Sequence record: PZ445426.1
Reading direction: 5' to 3' (one strand)
Length of the DNA: 58,342 bases
DNA from: a phage
The position numbers were made by a program, and so were the translations under genes. A model generated the notes under the pieces. The model was not told the DNA's origin, made no database searches, and saw only the letters and a list, made by a program, of their open reading frames with translations. Positions 48,135-56,008 of the stretch are shown here, piece by piece (the first letter of the stretch is position 1; each line of letters opens with the position of its first letter).

Positions 48135-48321
48135 CCCGACCAGCGTGCAACATCAAGATAGGTTCTGCAACTTCGCGCACGTAAACGTAAACGTTAGCAA
48201 TCTTAACTTCGCCCGGCAGCTTACCGCGAAGCGAACATAATTTGCGACGGCTAAGACCGAAGCGGTTTTCAATTTCTGATGTGGTTATGTATTTAAGATC
48301 AAATTCTTTTTGATGGTCCAT
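48106..48321 (-). CDS. helix-turn-helix DNA-binding protein
   Basis: 71 aa; ITTSEIENRFGLSRRKL resembles an HTH; AGGAGG RBS. Confidence 0.45.
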   Translation of the reverse strand: MDHQKEFDLKYITTSEIENRFGLSRRKLCSLRGKLPGEVKIANVYVYVREVAEPILMLHAGRVVPEVGRGS

Positions 48322-49155
48322 ATCTACCTCCTAACAGCACTATACACAATACATAGTAAGACAGCCACAATTATTCCACACGAAGTTATGATGTGAGCGG
48401 ATTGTTAATATATAACCACATGTGATGGAAAGTTTTGGGTAGGAATAGTTGGTGCTCCACAGTTTGCACAATGTGACGGAAAGTTTTGTGAGTTTTGCGA
48501 AGTTTTGCGAAGTTTTGTGGTGCCACTGTTGCTAAAAACTTTAATAAAAACAATAAGTTGGTGCAGTAAGTTTTTGCGTTTTGGGGTAAAACGCATTTTT
48601 TACCCTAACACCCAAATCCCGACTGTTAGTAAAAAACGTATATAAATCAATAGGATAGATACTAAATGAATAGTGGATGGAATGGGTAGAAATCCAAATG
48701 ATGGAAGTGGAATAATTTATTCCTACTTGATAGAATAATGGAATCGGTACTCCAGAGCGCAAAAACCTAAAACTTTCAGTCAACAGACTAAAAACGGATA
48801 GAAACTAAAAGTTAATAAGTAATACCATAAATATATATAAAATAAGGATTTATTAGTAATGTATATAGTACCTATTGGTATTATTTGAATGTTTTTGGGT
48901 CACTGTTAAAAAGTCCCAAAACTCACAAAAAGTGAAAGAATACAATTCGTGACAGGATTGTTAATGAAATATGGTGTATGGATATACAGTATTATTCCAG
49001 ATTCCGGAATAATTGGAATAATGGAATAAATTATTGAACTATTGTAATCGGAAGGTATATCAAGCTATAATGCGCTTAATCGCGGGATATTGGAGGAGGA
49101 CTTTATTGCGCGGTTAACCGGACCAGTAGGAGGGCTGGCCCGGAGAAGTTAGAAT
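48322..49155. promoter_or_regulatory. 830-bp AT-rich non-coding region with iteron-like and inverted repeats (candidate replication origin / early control region)
   Basis: no credible ORF; multiple short direct and inverted repeats read directly. Confidence 0.45.
48427..48520. repeat. array of five (G)AAGTTTTG(C/T)G direct repeats
   Basis: GGAAAGTTTTGGG, GGAAAGTTTTGTG, AGTTTTGCG, AAGTTTTGCG, AAGTTTTGTGG read directly. Confidence 0.6.
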
Positions 49156-49332
49156 TTATTTGCGGACGAATACAGAGCCGACAAATAATGTTGACTGAGT
49201 AGCAGCTTGCTCGATTAATTCGCCAACAAGCTGGGACTGCGTCAGAGGTTTAAGGCCTTCTTTGGCGCGTGCTTCATTTACACGGCGCTGAAGGTCTTTT
49301 AGGTATTGAGTTGCGAAGCTGTCTAATTGCAT
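49156..49332 (-). CDS. small hypothetical protein (58 aa, below ORF-track cutoff)
   Basis: ATG with perfect AGGAG RBS; hand translation MQLDSFATQYLKDLQRRVNEARAKEGLKPLTQSQLVGELIEQAATQSTLFVGSVFVRK. Confidence 0.4.
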   Translation of the reverse strand: MQLDSFATQYLKDLQRRVNEARAKEGLKPLTQSQLVGELIEQAATQSTLFVGSVFVRK

Positions 49333-49378
49333 TTTCGTTACTCCTAGGGCTCCCGCAGAAGCCCGTTGGTTGATGTGG

Positions 49379-49513
49379 TTATAGAACGCGCCAGTTAGTT
49401 ATTAAACCTTGTGCGAGCATAAACTTGCCAGTTTGCTCCGCGTCGTAGAGGTTATCGAAAAGTTCTTCTACTTCCCAACCGCTACCGAAATATTTTATTT
49501 CTAAAGTGAACAT
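49379..49513 (-). CDS. small hypothetical protein (44 aa, below ORF-track cutoff)
   Basis: ATG with AGGAG RBS; hand translation MFTLEIKYFGSGWEVEELFDNLYDAEQTGKFMLAQGLITNWRVL. Confidence 0.35.
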   Translation of the reverse strand: MFTLEIKYFGSGWEVEELFDNLYDAEQTGKFMLAQGLITNWRVL

Positions 49514-49566
49514 ATTAAACTCCTTTGCTGTTAATGATATAATTATAGGTCAGTTTAAAGGAAAGA

Positions 49567-50112
49567 TCAAGCATCTAAACCATTATACTTGCGCCAGGCG
49601 TAGAACTGAATGGCGACCGTTGTCCCGTTGTAAGAAGGCATTGCCGCTTTCATTTCTTTCAGCTCCGGCGTGCGGCCCAGTTCGGCTAAAAGTTTATCGC
49701 CCATTGCCCACACTTCGGCGGTTTTTCCTTTGAGAGGCTTGCGAGCGCCATTTTTGAAATCACAGCGAGCAGCTTTTGCGTGTTTCATATCTTTCTCTTC
49801 CTCCTGCTCCAGAGCTTCGAGGCAGCTTTTGACGATTTCCGGATTTACCATCGGGCGCAGTACCGAGACGCTGGCAGCTGGCGCGGCGGTCGGTGCCGGG
49901 ACTTTCTGCTCCGGCTGTTGCGCTTTTTTATAGTCGCGCAGTACCTGAAGCACTTCCTTCTCGACGATGTAAAAACCAATCTCATCCTGATGGATTAACT
50001 GCTCGTGTGCATCGCGTGCAACCTGGCCCCAGCGGGTCTTAAGGGCGCGGCGTGCATTCGTTTTCATGGTGTAACGCATTTTATCCTGTTCGCGGTGAGT
50101 TACTTTAGACAT
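49567..50112 (-). CDS. hypothetical protein
   Basis: 181-aa ORF near the start of the minus-strand early operon. Confidence 0.45.
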   Translation of the reverse strand: MSKVTHREQDKMRYTMKTNARRALKTRWGQVARDAHEQLIHQDEIGFYIVEKEVLQVLRDYKKAQQPEQKVPAPTAAPAASVSVLRPMVNPEIVKSCLEALEQEEEKDMKHAKAARCDFKNGARKPLKGKTAEVWAMGDKLLAELGRTPELKEMKAAMPSYNGTTVAIQFYAWRKYNGLDA

Positions 50113-50198
50113 GGTATATTCCTTCTGTTAGATTGTTTAGTAGTCTTGTTAAGTTGTACTTATTATTGCCCACTAAGTTGAAGTAGGCAAGATATAAA

Positions 50199-50762
50199 TC
50201 AACTATTTCTGATATTCTTTAGAGCTTGTGTACAAAAGAAAACATCCAGCAAAACAAGTTTTCCGTCTTTTACCGCCACATTGCGGGGACTGATTTCAAA
50301 CCACATTTGCGGACCAATATTAGCGCAAGCATCCAAAGCTTCCAGGAGCACATCTTTAATGTCTTGAGCCAGGTCGCTATTACTGAAAGCATCATATAGA
50401 TAGCTATAGTTGTCATATGTGTTACGCGGCATCTCTAACCCTGCGCACAAGCTGCGGAGTTGTTTATAGAGTGCGTATTGCTCAGGTTGTAAAGCGCTTT
50501 TTAAGCTGCGGACACGAGGGTAATACTCCATTTCGTAGACACCTGTGTCTATCATTGTGACATGGGGAAATAATTCATGCTCAGGAAACCATCCCCATGC
50601 CATGCATTCTTTAATAGGGTCGCAAGATTTTAGAAGTACGCAACCTGAGTCCAGAAGGTATGCCTTAGTGAAAGCGCCCTTGCCAATTAGTTTAGTAGCC
50701 ATGTTGTGCTCATTAATGTGGTTAAGCAGTATTGCTTTGTTGAAGTAATAATAGCCTTGCAT
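50199..50762 (-). CDS. hypothetical protein
   Basis: 187-aa ORF; first gene downstream of the divergent control region; start uncertain. Confidence 0.45.
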   Translation of the reverse strand: MQGYYYFNKAILLNHINEHNMATKLIGKGAFTKAYLLDSGCVLLKSCDPIKECMAWGWFPEHELFPHVTMIDTGVYEMEYYPRVRSLKSALQPEQYALYKQLRSLCAGLEMPRNTYDNYSYLYDAFSNSDLAQDIKDVLLEALDACANIGPQMWFEISPRNVAVKDGKLVLLDVFFCTQALKNIRNS

Positions 50763-51160
50763 CGTGATATTGAATAGGCCAAAAGTGCTATTTTAGATCA
50801 CTATTACATCTACAGCTTTGCAGTAACGCTACGCTAAAAATGCAAAGTCTTACGTTTGCTAAACATGTAGATTTTGTGCACATCACTCTTAGTACGTATA
50901 ACGTCTATTATGTTAAATAGCTAAGTTATTGATTTATGGTAAATCTTGTATCAATTCGGACGTTATAGGCGTCTAACATATTGATTTATAAGGATGTAGA
51001 ATTTTGCTGTTTGTAGCGCATAAAAAGGAACAAACCGGGATGTCATAAAATGACATGTGTTTTGTCAGTATAGATGGCACGTTTGGGCTAGACATAGATC
51101 AAGTCATGGCGTACTATATAGTCAAAGGAAAGATAAAGCCGAAAGGCGGAGGAAAATAAA
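50763..51160. promoter_or_regulatory. divergent intergenic control region with 17-bp palindrome ATGTCATAAAATGACAT (51040..51056)
   Basis: about 400 bp between divergently oriented gene blocks; palindrome read directly. Confidence 0.45.
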
Positions 51161-51310
51161 ATGAGAAAGTTTAAAGTCATGTACTACGGTAACTATATTG
51201 GGGACGTTAAAGCTCCGAACCGTGCAGAAGCAGAAGGTTTCGTTCGCGCAGAGATGCGACTTGGAATCGCCGATTTTGCAGCTATTATTGAACTGGTAGA
51301 GGTATTCTGA
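51161..51310 (+). CDS. small hypothetical protein (49 aa)
   Basis: ATG with GGAGG RBS; first plus-strand early gene; below ORF-track cutoff. Confidence 0.4.
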   Translation: MRKFKVMYYGNYIGDVKAPNRAEAEGFVRAEMRLGIADFAAIIELVEVF

Positions 51311-51311
51311 T

Positions 51312-51455
51312 ATGGCACGCAAATATTCGCTTACACGCGCACAGCACGCGTTATTATTGCAGGTTATGCGCATGGAGTACGAAGAGACTACATGGGCGCA
51401 AGCCATGCAAACTGGGCGCGAGTTCTACGCGCAACTAATAGCACAAAATGCCTAG
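51312..51455 (+). CDS. small hypothetical protein (47 aa)
   Basis: ATG 2 nt after the upstream stop; hand translation MARKYSLTRAQHALLLQVMRMEYEETTWAQAMQTGREFYAQLIAQNA. Confidence 0.3.
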   Translation: MARKYSLTRAQHALLLQVMRMEYEETTWAQAMQTGREFYAQLIAQNA

Positions 51456-51514
51456 ACAACATGATCGGTCTGGTGGATACTACACACATCAACAACGCAA
51501 CGGGGAAAAACAAA

Positions 51515-51700
51515 ATGTTAATCTTAATCATGATGGTCATCGCAGTAGTAAGTCCACTGGTAGCACTGATCGTTAGCGAAGTAATGGATGCGAAGTGGGA
51601 TCGTCAATACAACGAAGTAATGGAACAGCGGTATGCAGAGCGCCGCGCACGAAATGGGGAACAGCGCTATAACGCACACAGCGCCACGCTAGCGAGCTAA
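51515..51700 (+). CDS. small membrane protein
   Basis: internal ATG of ORF 51392..51700; hydrophobic helix MLILIMMVIAVVSPLVALIV. Confidence 0.35.
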   Translation: MLILIMMVIAVVSPLVALIVSEVMDAKWDRQYNEVMEQRYAERRARNGEQRYNAHSATLAS

Positions 51701-52098
51701 TGTACAAAGGTAATGGTAATGCATTAGCTCGGGCAAAACAGGCGCACAGCGTCGCGCACAGCTCGCACAGCGCACACAGACCCACGCAGGTCCAGCCGCG
51801 CGACCCGACCCATCCTTTTCCAGGTACTTGGATCGCTGGGGCGTGCCCTGTCTATCCTGATAGTAAGTCCACGCCTAAATCTCACCTGTCACATAGCCCA
51901 TCCACCTACATCCATGACCCCACCTACCTTCTTTTTGAATATATTGCGCTCATCCTTTCTAAATATATGGATTTTGGTAGTAAATTCTGAGTCGTCAACG
52001 TATAATTCGTCTTGTAGCTGCTCCATAGCTACCATCTTTAAGCGGATGCAACCAATTTCTATCAATTCACACCTGTTTTAGAGCATCAAGGAGGTATT

Positions 52099-52350
52099 AT
52101 GTGCAACTCCAGTGCAAGCGCTACACCCAGTACCTCCAGCAATGTGGTTACAGAGGTAAATGCAATGCGATTAGGTCCATATCGCGGCTATTATGGTCGT
52201 GCTGCATGGAATGACGCTACTCAACGTTTTGAAGGCTGGATTATCTGCCCGGAACGTGTTAAATTTCACTCCGTAAAAGAGAAAAATATCGTTCTTAATT
52301 TTCAAAAATGTGTCACTAAATATGTAGAGGAGCAAGAAGAATGCGTGTAA
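52099..52350 (+). CDS. hypothetical protein
   Basis: 83 aa; AAGGAGG RBS. Confidence 0.45.
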   Translation: MCNSSASATPSTSSNVVTEVNAMRLGPYRGYYGRAAWNDATQRFEGWIICPERVKFHSVKEKNIVLNFQKCVTKYVEEQEECV

Positions 52351-52583
52351 AAGACGAGCAAAAGACAGTCGAATACTTCGGAATGCAAATTGTTGTTCCG
52401 GAATGGGTTAAATGGCTTGCTGTCGATGGTAACGGCAAATTATTCGGTTATGAATGTGAGCCCGACATTTTAGTTGATGAAGATTGGGATGAATGGTACA
52501 GCGAAGAAGGCAAATGCCGCTGCATTACAGAAGTCATCCTTGAAGAAGAACATTGGTCACAAACCTTAGTGGAGCTTTTTTAA
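52341..52583 (+). CDS. hypothetical protein (paralog of 52681..52983)
   Basis: 80 aa; shares motif W-x-W-[LI]AVDG-x-GK-x-x-Y-[ED]-x-x-P with the next gene. Confidence 0.45.
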   Translation: MRVKDEQKTVEYFGMQIVVPEWVKWLAVDGNGKLFGYECEPDILVDEDWDEWYSEEGKCRCITEVILEEEHWSQTLVELF

Positions 52584-52680
52584 AATGCATATGGCACATT
52601 ATTGACCCAATTTCCTGGAAGAAGTATAATTATCAATCTATAATGGACTCTACGGAGCCCTTAATTATCTGGAGGTTGTT

Positions 52681-52983
52681 ATGCTGTATTTAGGAATGGA
52701 CGAAACTGGACACGCAATTCCTTCTGTTAACAAGGAGACGCAAGTATTTACTAACTATTACGGGTCTGCTGTCCCTGTTGAGCCCTGGGCTAACTTTATC
52801 GCTGTAGACGCAGACGGTAAAGTTCATTGTTATGACGCTAAACCTTCTTGCTATGAATCTGGTAAGCAATGGATGCTTGGAGTATACGGTTTGCATGTCC
52901 GCTACTGCGGTGAAGTTGACATTGAAGGTATGGACTGGCGCGATACGCTAAGGGAAATCAGAGAATATAGGCTTAACCCATGA
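52681..52983 (+). CDS. hypothetical protein (paralog of 52341..52583)
   Basis: 100 aa; GGAGG RBS; shared motif with the previous gene. Confidence 0.45.
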   Translation: MLYLGMDETGHAIPSVNKETQVFTNYYGSAVPVEPWANFIAVDADGKVHCYDAKPSCYESGKQWMLGVYGLHVRYCGEVDIEGMDWRDTLREIREYRLNP

Positions 52984-53201
52984 AAATATTCATAATACTA
53001 GGCGTTATACTTGCCTTTGTTGTATTTGCAATCGTAGACTCCAAAGAAATGGAGCAGCAAAACTGTCAACGTACTGGTAACAGCCGGGAATATATTGTTT
53101 GGAACAATATTTACGATGCAAAAGGTAATTTTATGTCAATGTACCCACAGTTTATTACTGAGTATGAATATAAATGTGATGACTATAACAGGTGGAGATA
53201 A
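52980..53201 (+). CDS. small membrane-anchored protein
   Basis: 73 aa; N-terminal hydrophobic helix MKIFIILGVILAFVVFAIV. Confidence 0.4.
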   Translation: MKIFIILGVILAFVVFAIVDSKEMEQQNCQRTGNSREYIVWNNIYDAKGNFMSMYPQFITEYEYKCDDYNRWR

Positions 53202-53203
53202 TA

Positions 53204-53746
53204 ATGAGCTGTCAAAAATGTAACGGAACGGGAATGGTTGATAGTGGTGGAGTTCAACCGTGGGGTGAGCCTATTCTGGTGGAGTGCGATTGTTTATATC
53301 GTGAGCGTGATGCTTGGGAGCTGGATCGAGCTGGAGGTTATTACTCCCGTCATGTTATGGCAATGACATCCGAAGGTTTGCACAGCAAAGGTGATATTGC
53401 TGCGGAACTGGGTTATCGTGATATGCGGATTGACCAGTTAGAAGCTGAATGGCGTGCTCAGGAAGAACGTGCAGAAAATGCTGAGACGGATCTTGTCGAC
53501 ATGCGTGCTGCTGAGCACGCTCTATCCGATTCTTATATTCGTTTGCGTCAAATTGTTGGTGCAATGAATCCGCCTGGTGTGAGCAGCGAAGAGGTGTGGG
53601 CGCATACCGAGAAGAAGGCTCAAGAGTTGCGTGATCGCTGCGAAGCTCTGGAAGCTATAGCAAAGGACTTCCTGCGTCGTAATAAATATGGTCCTTTGTT
53701 CTATCGTGATTTGTATAACCGTTTTAAGGAGGTTATTGGTGATTGA
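53204..53746 (+). CDS. zinc-finger (CxxCxGxG) coiled-coil protein
   Basis: ATG 53204 (track start 53192 is GTG); N-terminal CQKCNGTG...ECDC. Confidence 0.45.
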   Translation: MSCQKCNGTGMVDSGGVQPWGEPILVECDCLYRERDAWELDRAGGYYSRHVMAMTSEGLHSKGDIAAELGYRDMRIDQLEAEWRAQEERAENAETDLVDMRAAEHALSDSYIRLRQIVGAMNPPGVSSEEVWAHTEKKAQELRDRCEALEAIAKDFLRRNKYGPLFYRDLYNRFKEVIGD

Positions 53747-53809
53747 AGAAAATATCAAATATTGGAAAGGTTTTATTGATGAAATGTTGAAACCATTGGA
53801 GAAGAAATA

Positions 53810-54202
53810 ATGCTATTAGTCGTCACCGGAGGTCGAGATTTTAAGCATGTGGAGTATATTTACTCTCAATTGGATAAGCTGCATATGCAAAGAAGGATAA
53901 CCACACTTCGCCACGGTGACGCTGACGGTGTTGACCGGATTTGCGCACATTGGGCAGAGCGCAACGGTATTAAGACAGAAGCGTTCCCTGCCCCGTGGGA
54001 CAATCTTTCCTTACCAAATACCAAGATACGGTATAACGCCAAAGGTGCTTATAATGCACAAGCTGGCTCTTACCGCAATCAATTAATGCTGGATACCGAT
54101 CCTAAACCAGATCACGCTATTGTGTTTCCTGGCGGAGCTGGTACTATGGATATGTACAGACGGATTAAAGCATCCGGTATTCCTTACACTTTAGCGGAGT
54201 AA
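53810..54202 (+). CDS. LOG/SLOG-like Rossmann-fold protein
   Basis: 130 aa; VVTGGRDF and FPGGAGT match the GGxG / PGGxGT signatures of LOG/DprA-type nucleotide-binding proteins. Confidence 0.4.
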   Translation: MLLVVTGGRDFKHVEYIYSQLDKLHMQRRITTLRHGDADGVDRICAHWAERNGIKTEAFPAPWDNLSLPNTKIRYNAKGAYNAQAGSYRNQLMLDTDPKPDHAIVFPGGAGTMDMYRRIKASGIPYTLAE

Positions 54203-54235
54203 ATAATAGCTGATGTTAAAACTATTGTTGATGCA

Positions 54236-54676
54236 ATGGACGAGTCCAAAGACTGCCAGTTGAAGAAGTCGTTTGAAGTAAAACAGGTTACAGAGACTCA
54301 GTTGGTCTGTAATTTTGCGCGTTATTGTGGACTGGGGCGCGGGAAAGACTGGAACGGGCTTATTGTTATGCCTACATCACAGATCCTTGTCTATGTCCGT
54401 AATGTTGTAGAAGATCTTTTACGTCTTCAAATAGATATTGGTGACGTAGAAATTAACATGACCGCAAGTTCCACCATTGTGGTTAAATGGCAGTCGGGCG
54501 AGACACTTCGTTTGGAAGCGTGTCATTGTGCTAAGAGCTTGCACCACCTGCGCGGTTGTCACTACCAGTTTGTTGGGTTTGTGCATCCGCAAGGGTTAAG
54601 CGAGCGTACGGCGCTGGTAGCGCGTTTGCTGCTGCGTCCTTATAATAACGAGCCGGAAGTTATATACGAGGCATAA
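54236..54676 (+). CDS. hypothetical protein
   Basis: 146-aa ORF. Confidence 0.45.
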   Translation: MDESKDCQLKKSFEVKQVTETQLVCNFARYCGLGRGKDWNGLIVMPTSQILVYVRNVVEDLLRLQIDIGDVEINMTASSTIVVKWQSGETLRLEACHCAKSLHHLRGCHYQFVGFVHPQGLSERTALVARLLLRPYNNEPEVIYEA

Positions 54677-54677
54677 G

Positions 54678-54884
54678 ATGGAAACTCCATTGGCTAAACA
54701 AATGATAGAGCGTGCTGATCGGGACGGTTTGCCTGAAGACCATGCTATGCGTCGAACTGCACAAGCGTTTGACGAAATTAGCGTTAATTACGCTATGGGA
54801 AAGAGCACGCCTAAAGGCTTACTGGGCGCATGGGCTCGCGCTCGTCGCTGCTGGTGCAACTACACCGGAGAACCGCTTGTATGA
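54678..54884 (+). CDS. hypothetical protein
   Basis: 68-aa ORF; stop overlaps next start. Confidence 0.4.
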   Translation: METPLAKQMIERADRDGLPEDHAMRRTAQAFDEISVNYAMGKSTPKGLLGAWARARRCWCNYTGEPLV

Positions 54885-55303
54885 TTAAACATGTCAAGCA
54901 ACCAACGTTGAATACATGCGTTTCTGCGTGTTTGGCAATGATCCTTAATAAACCTGTTGAGAAGGTGATTGAGGAATTTCATAGTCGTTATTATAACAAC
55001 TGGGAAATCACTATCAGCGAATATTTGACTAAAAACGGCGTCCAGCATCATTGTTCAGAAGGTGGTGGGCGCGAAACTTTGCATATGGGAGGTTTGTTCC
55101 TGTGCACGGTGCCAAGTCTTAATATTCCGGGCGCATTGCACCAGATTGTGATTGATATGACAGATCACAAGTTTATTGTGCATGATCCAATTAAAGGATG
55201 GGAAGGTAAAAAGTTCTATGTTGGTCCGGATCAAGATCCTGAAGAGCCTGGAGCTTTCATCATTCATACTTGGGTCAAAGACGTTGAAATCCTGCCTTAT
55301 TAA
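54881..55303 (+). CDS. C39-like papain-fold cysteine peptidase
   Basis: ATG 54881 (ATGA overlap); KQPTLNTCVSACLAMIL matches the C39 Q-x5-C-x2-ACLAMI active-site signature; later IVHDP supplies a candidate His/Asp. Confidence 0.55.
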   Translation: MIKHVKQPTLNTCVSACLAMILNKPVEKVIEEFHSRYYNNWEITISEYLTKNGVQHHCSEGGGRETLHMGGLFLCTVPSLNIPGALHQIVIDMTDHKFIVHDPIKGWEGKKFYVGPDQDPEEPGAFIIHTWVKDVEILPY

Positions 55304-55364
55304 TTTTCTTGCTATCACATAACCCTTCATTGTATTGTGTACCCATCAAATAGAGGGGTACACA

Positions 55365-55550
55365 ATGACCAAACTATACGCCGGATTGTTTTTATTTGCG
55401 ACGTTAATGTTCGCTGGGCTTTATACCTATACAGTAGTCGAACAACCTTCCACGGTTATCCGAATCTTTGCAAGTACAGGGCTTTGTATCTGTCTTATTC
55501 TATTTGTTTTATGCATTGTTATTATCCAAGACCAAAGGAAAATTAAATGA
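55365..55550 (+). CDS. small two-helix membrane protein
   Basis: ATG 55365 with AGAGGGG RBS; two hydrophobic segments. Confidence 0.4.
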   Translation: MTKLYAGLFLFATLMFAGLYTYTVVEQPSTVIRIFASTGLCICLILFVLCIVIIQDQRKIK

Positions 55551-56008
55551 CCACAATTGCGTTTGATGGGAAAGTATTAGCTGCGGACCGTGGAGTTATG
55601 CGCGGGGAAGTTGTGACTGCTTATAAGAAAGTTCATAGCGTAAATGGACATCGTGGACGGTTTTTACTGGGCTTGTGCGGCCTTACAGCATTTACCGATC
55701 AGGTGTTGCGTTATTTTAATAGCGCGGAACCTGTTAAGTTCCCTGATATTAAGCTTTACAGCAAAGATGATTACGGGCAAACTTGCGGTCTTGCGGTTAC
55801 TCCGGAAGGTACTTGCCATTTTATTTATAATGATGGTACTTTGAGCGAACCCATGCTGGACGGATGGGGATCTGAGGGTAGCGGTTGTGTGTTTGCTGCT
55901 GGCGCGTTAGCTGCTGGTGCAAGTGCGAGCGAAGCTATTGAGTTAGCAATTAAACACACCACATGCGCATTCCTGGGAGTTGATACAATATCATTTGAGG
56001 GTTTTTAA
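55547..56008 (+). CDS. HslV-like / proteasome beta-type Ntn-hydrolase protease
   Basis: N-terminus MTTIAFDGKVLAADRG (Thr directly after Met), KKV, and GSEGSGCVFAAGALAAGASASEAIELAI resembling the HslV GSGG...AL...A.DIAE.A region. Confidence 0.55.
   Translation: MTTIAFDGKVLAADRGVMRGEVVTAYKKVHSVNGHRGRFLLGLCGLTAFTDQVLRYFNSAEPVKFPDIKLYSKDDYGQTCGLAVTPEGTCHFIYNDGTLSEPMLDGWGSEGSGCVFAAGALAAGASASEAIELAIKHTTCAFLGVDTISFEGF

Noticed and set aside
48427-48520. Possible CRISPR array
   Set aside because: Repeats are only 9-10 bp, abut each other without spacers, and there are no cas genes
43728-49155. tRNA genes in the long non-coding gaps (43728..44111, 44430..44973, 48322..49155)
   Set aside because: No cloverleaf with a GGTTCGA-type T-loop found by eye; cannot be excluded without a tRNA scanner
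50199-50762. Protein-kinase-like fold (GKGAFTK glycine loop, VLLK, LLDVFF)
   Set aside because: No catalytic HxD...N loop or convincing DFG equivalent; similarity too weak to call
51700-51990. 96-aa plus-strand ORF
   Set aside because: No RBS, His/Ser/Pro-rich composition, overlaps a GC-rich repeat island; the region is kept as a non-coding finding
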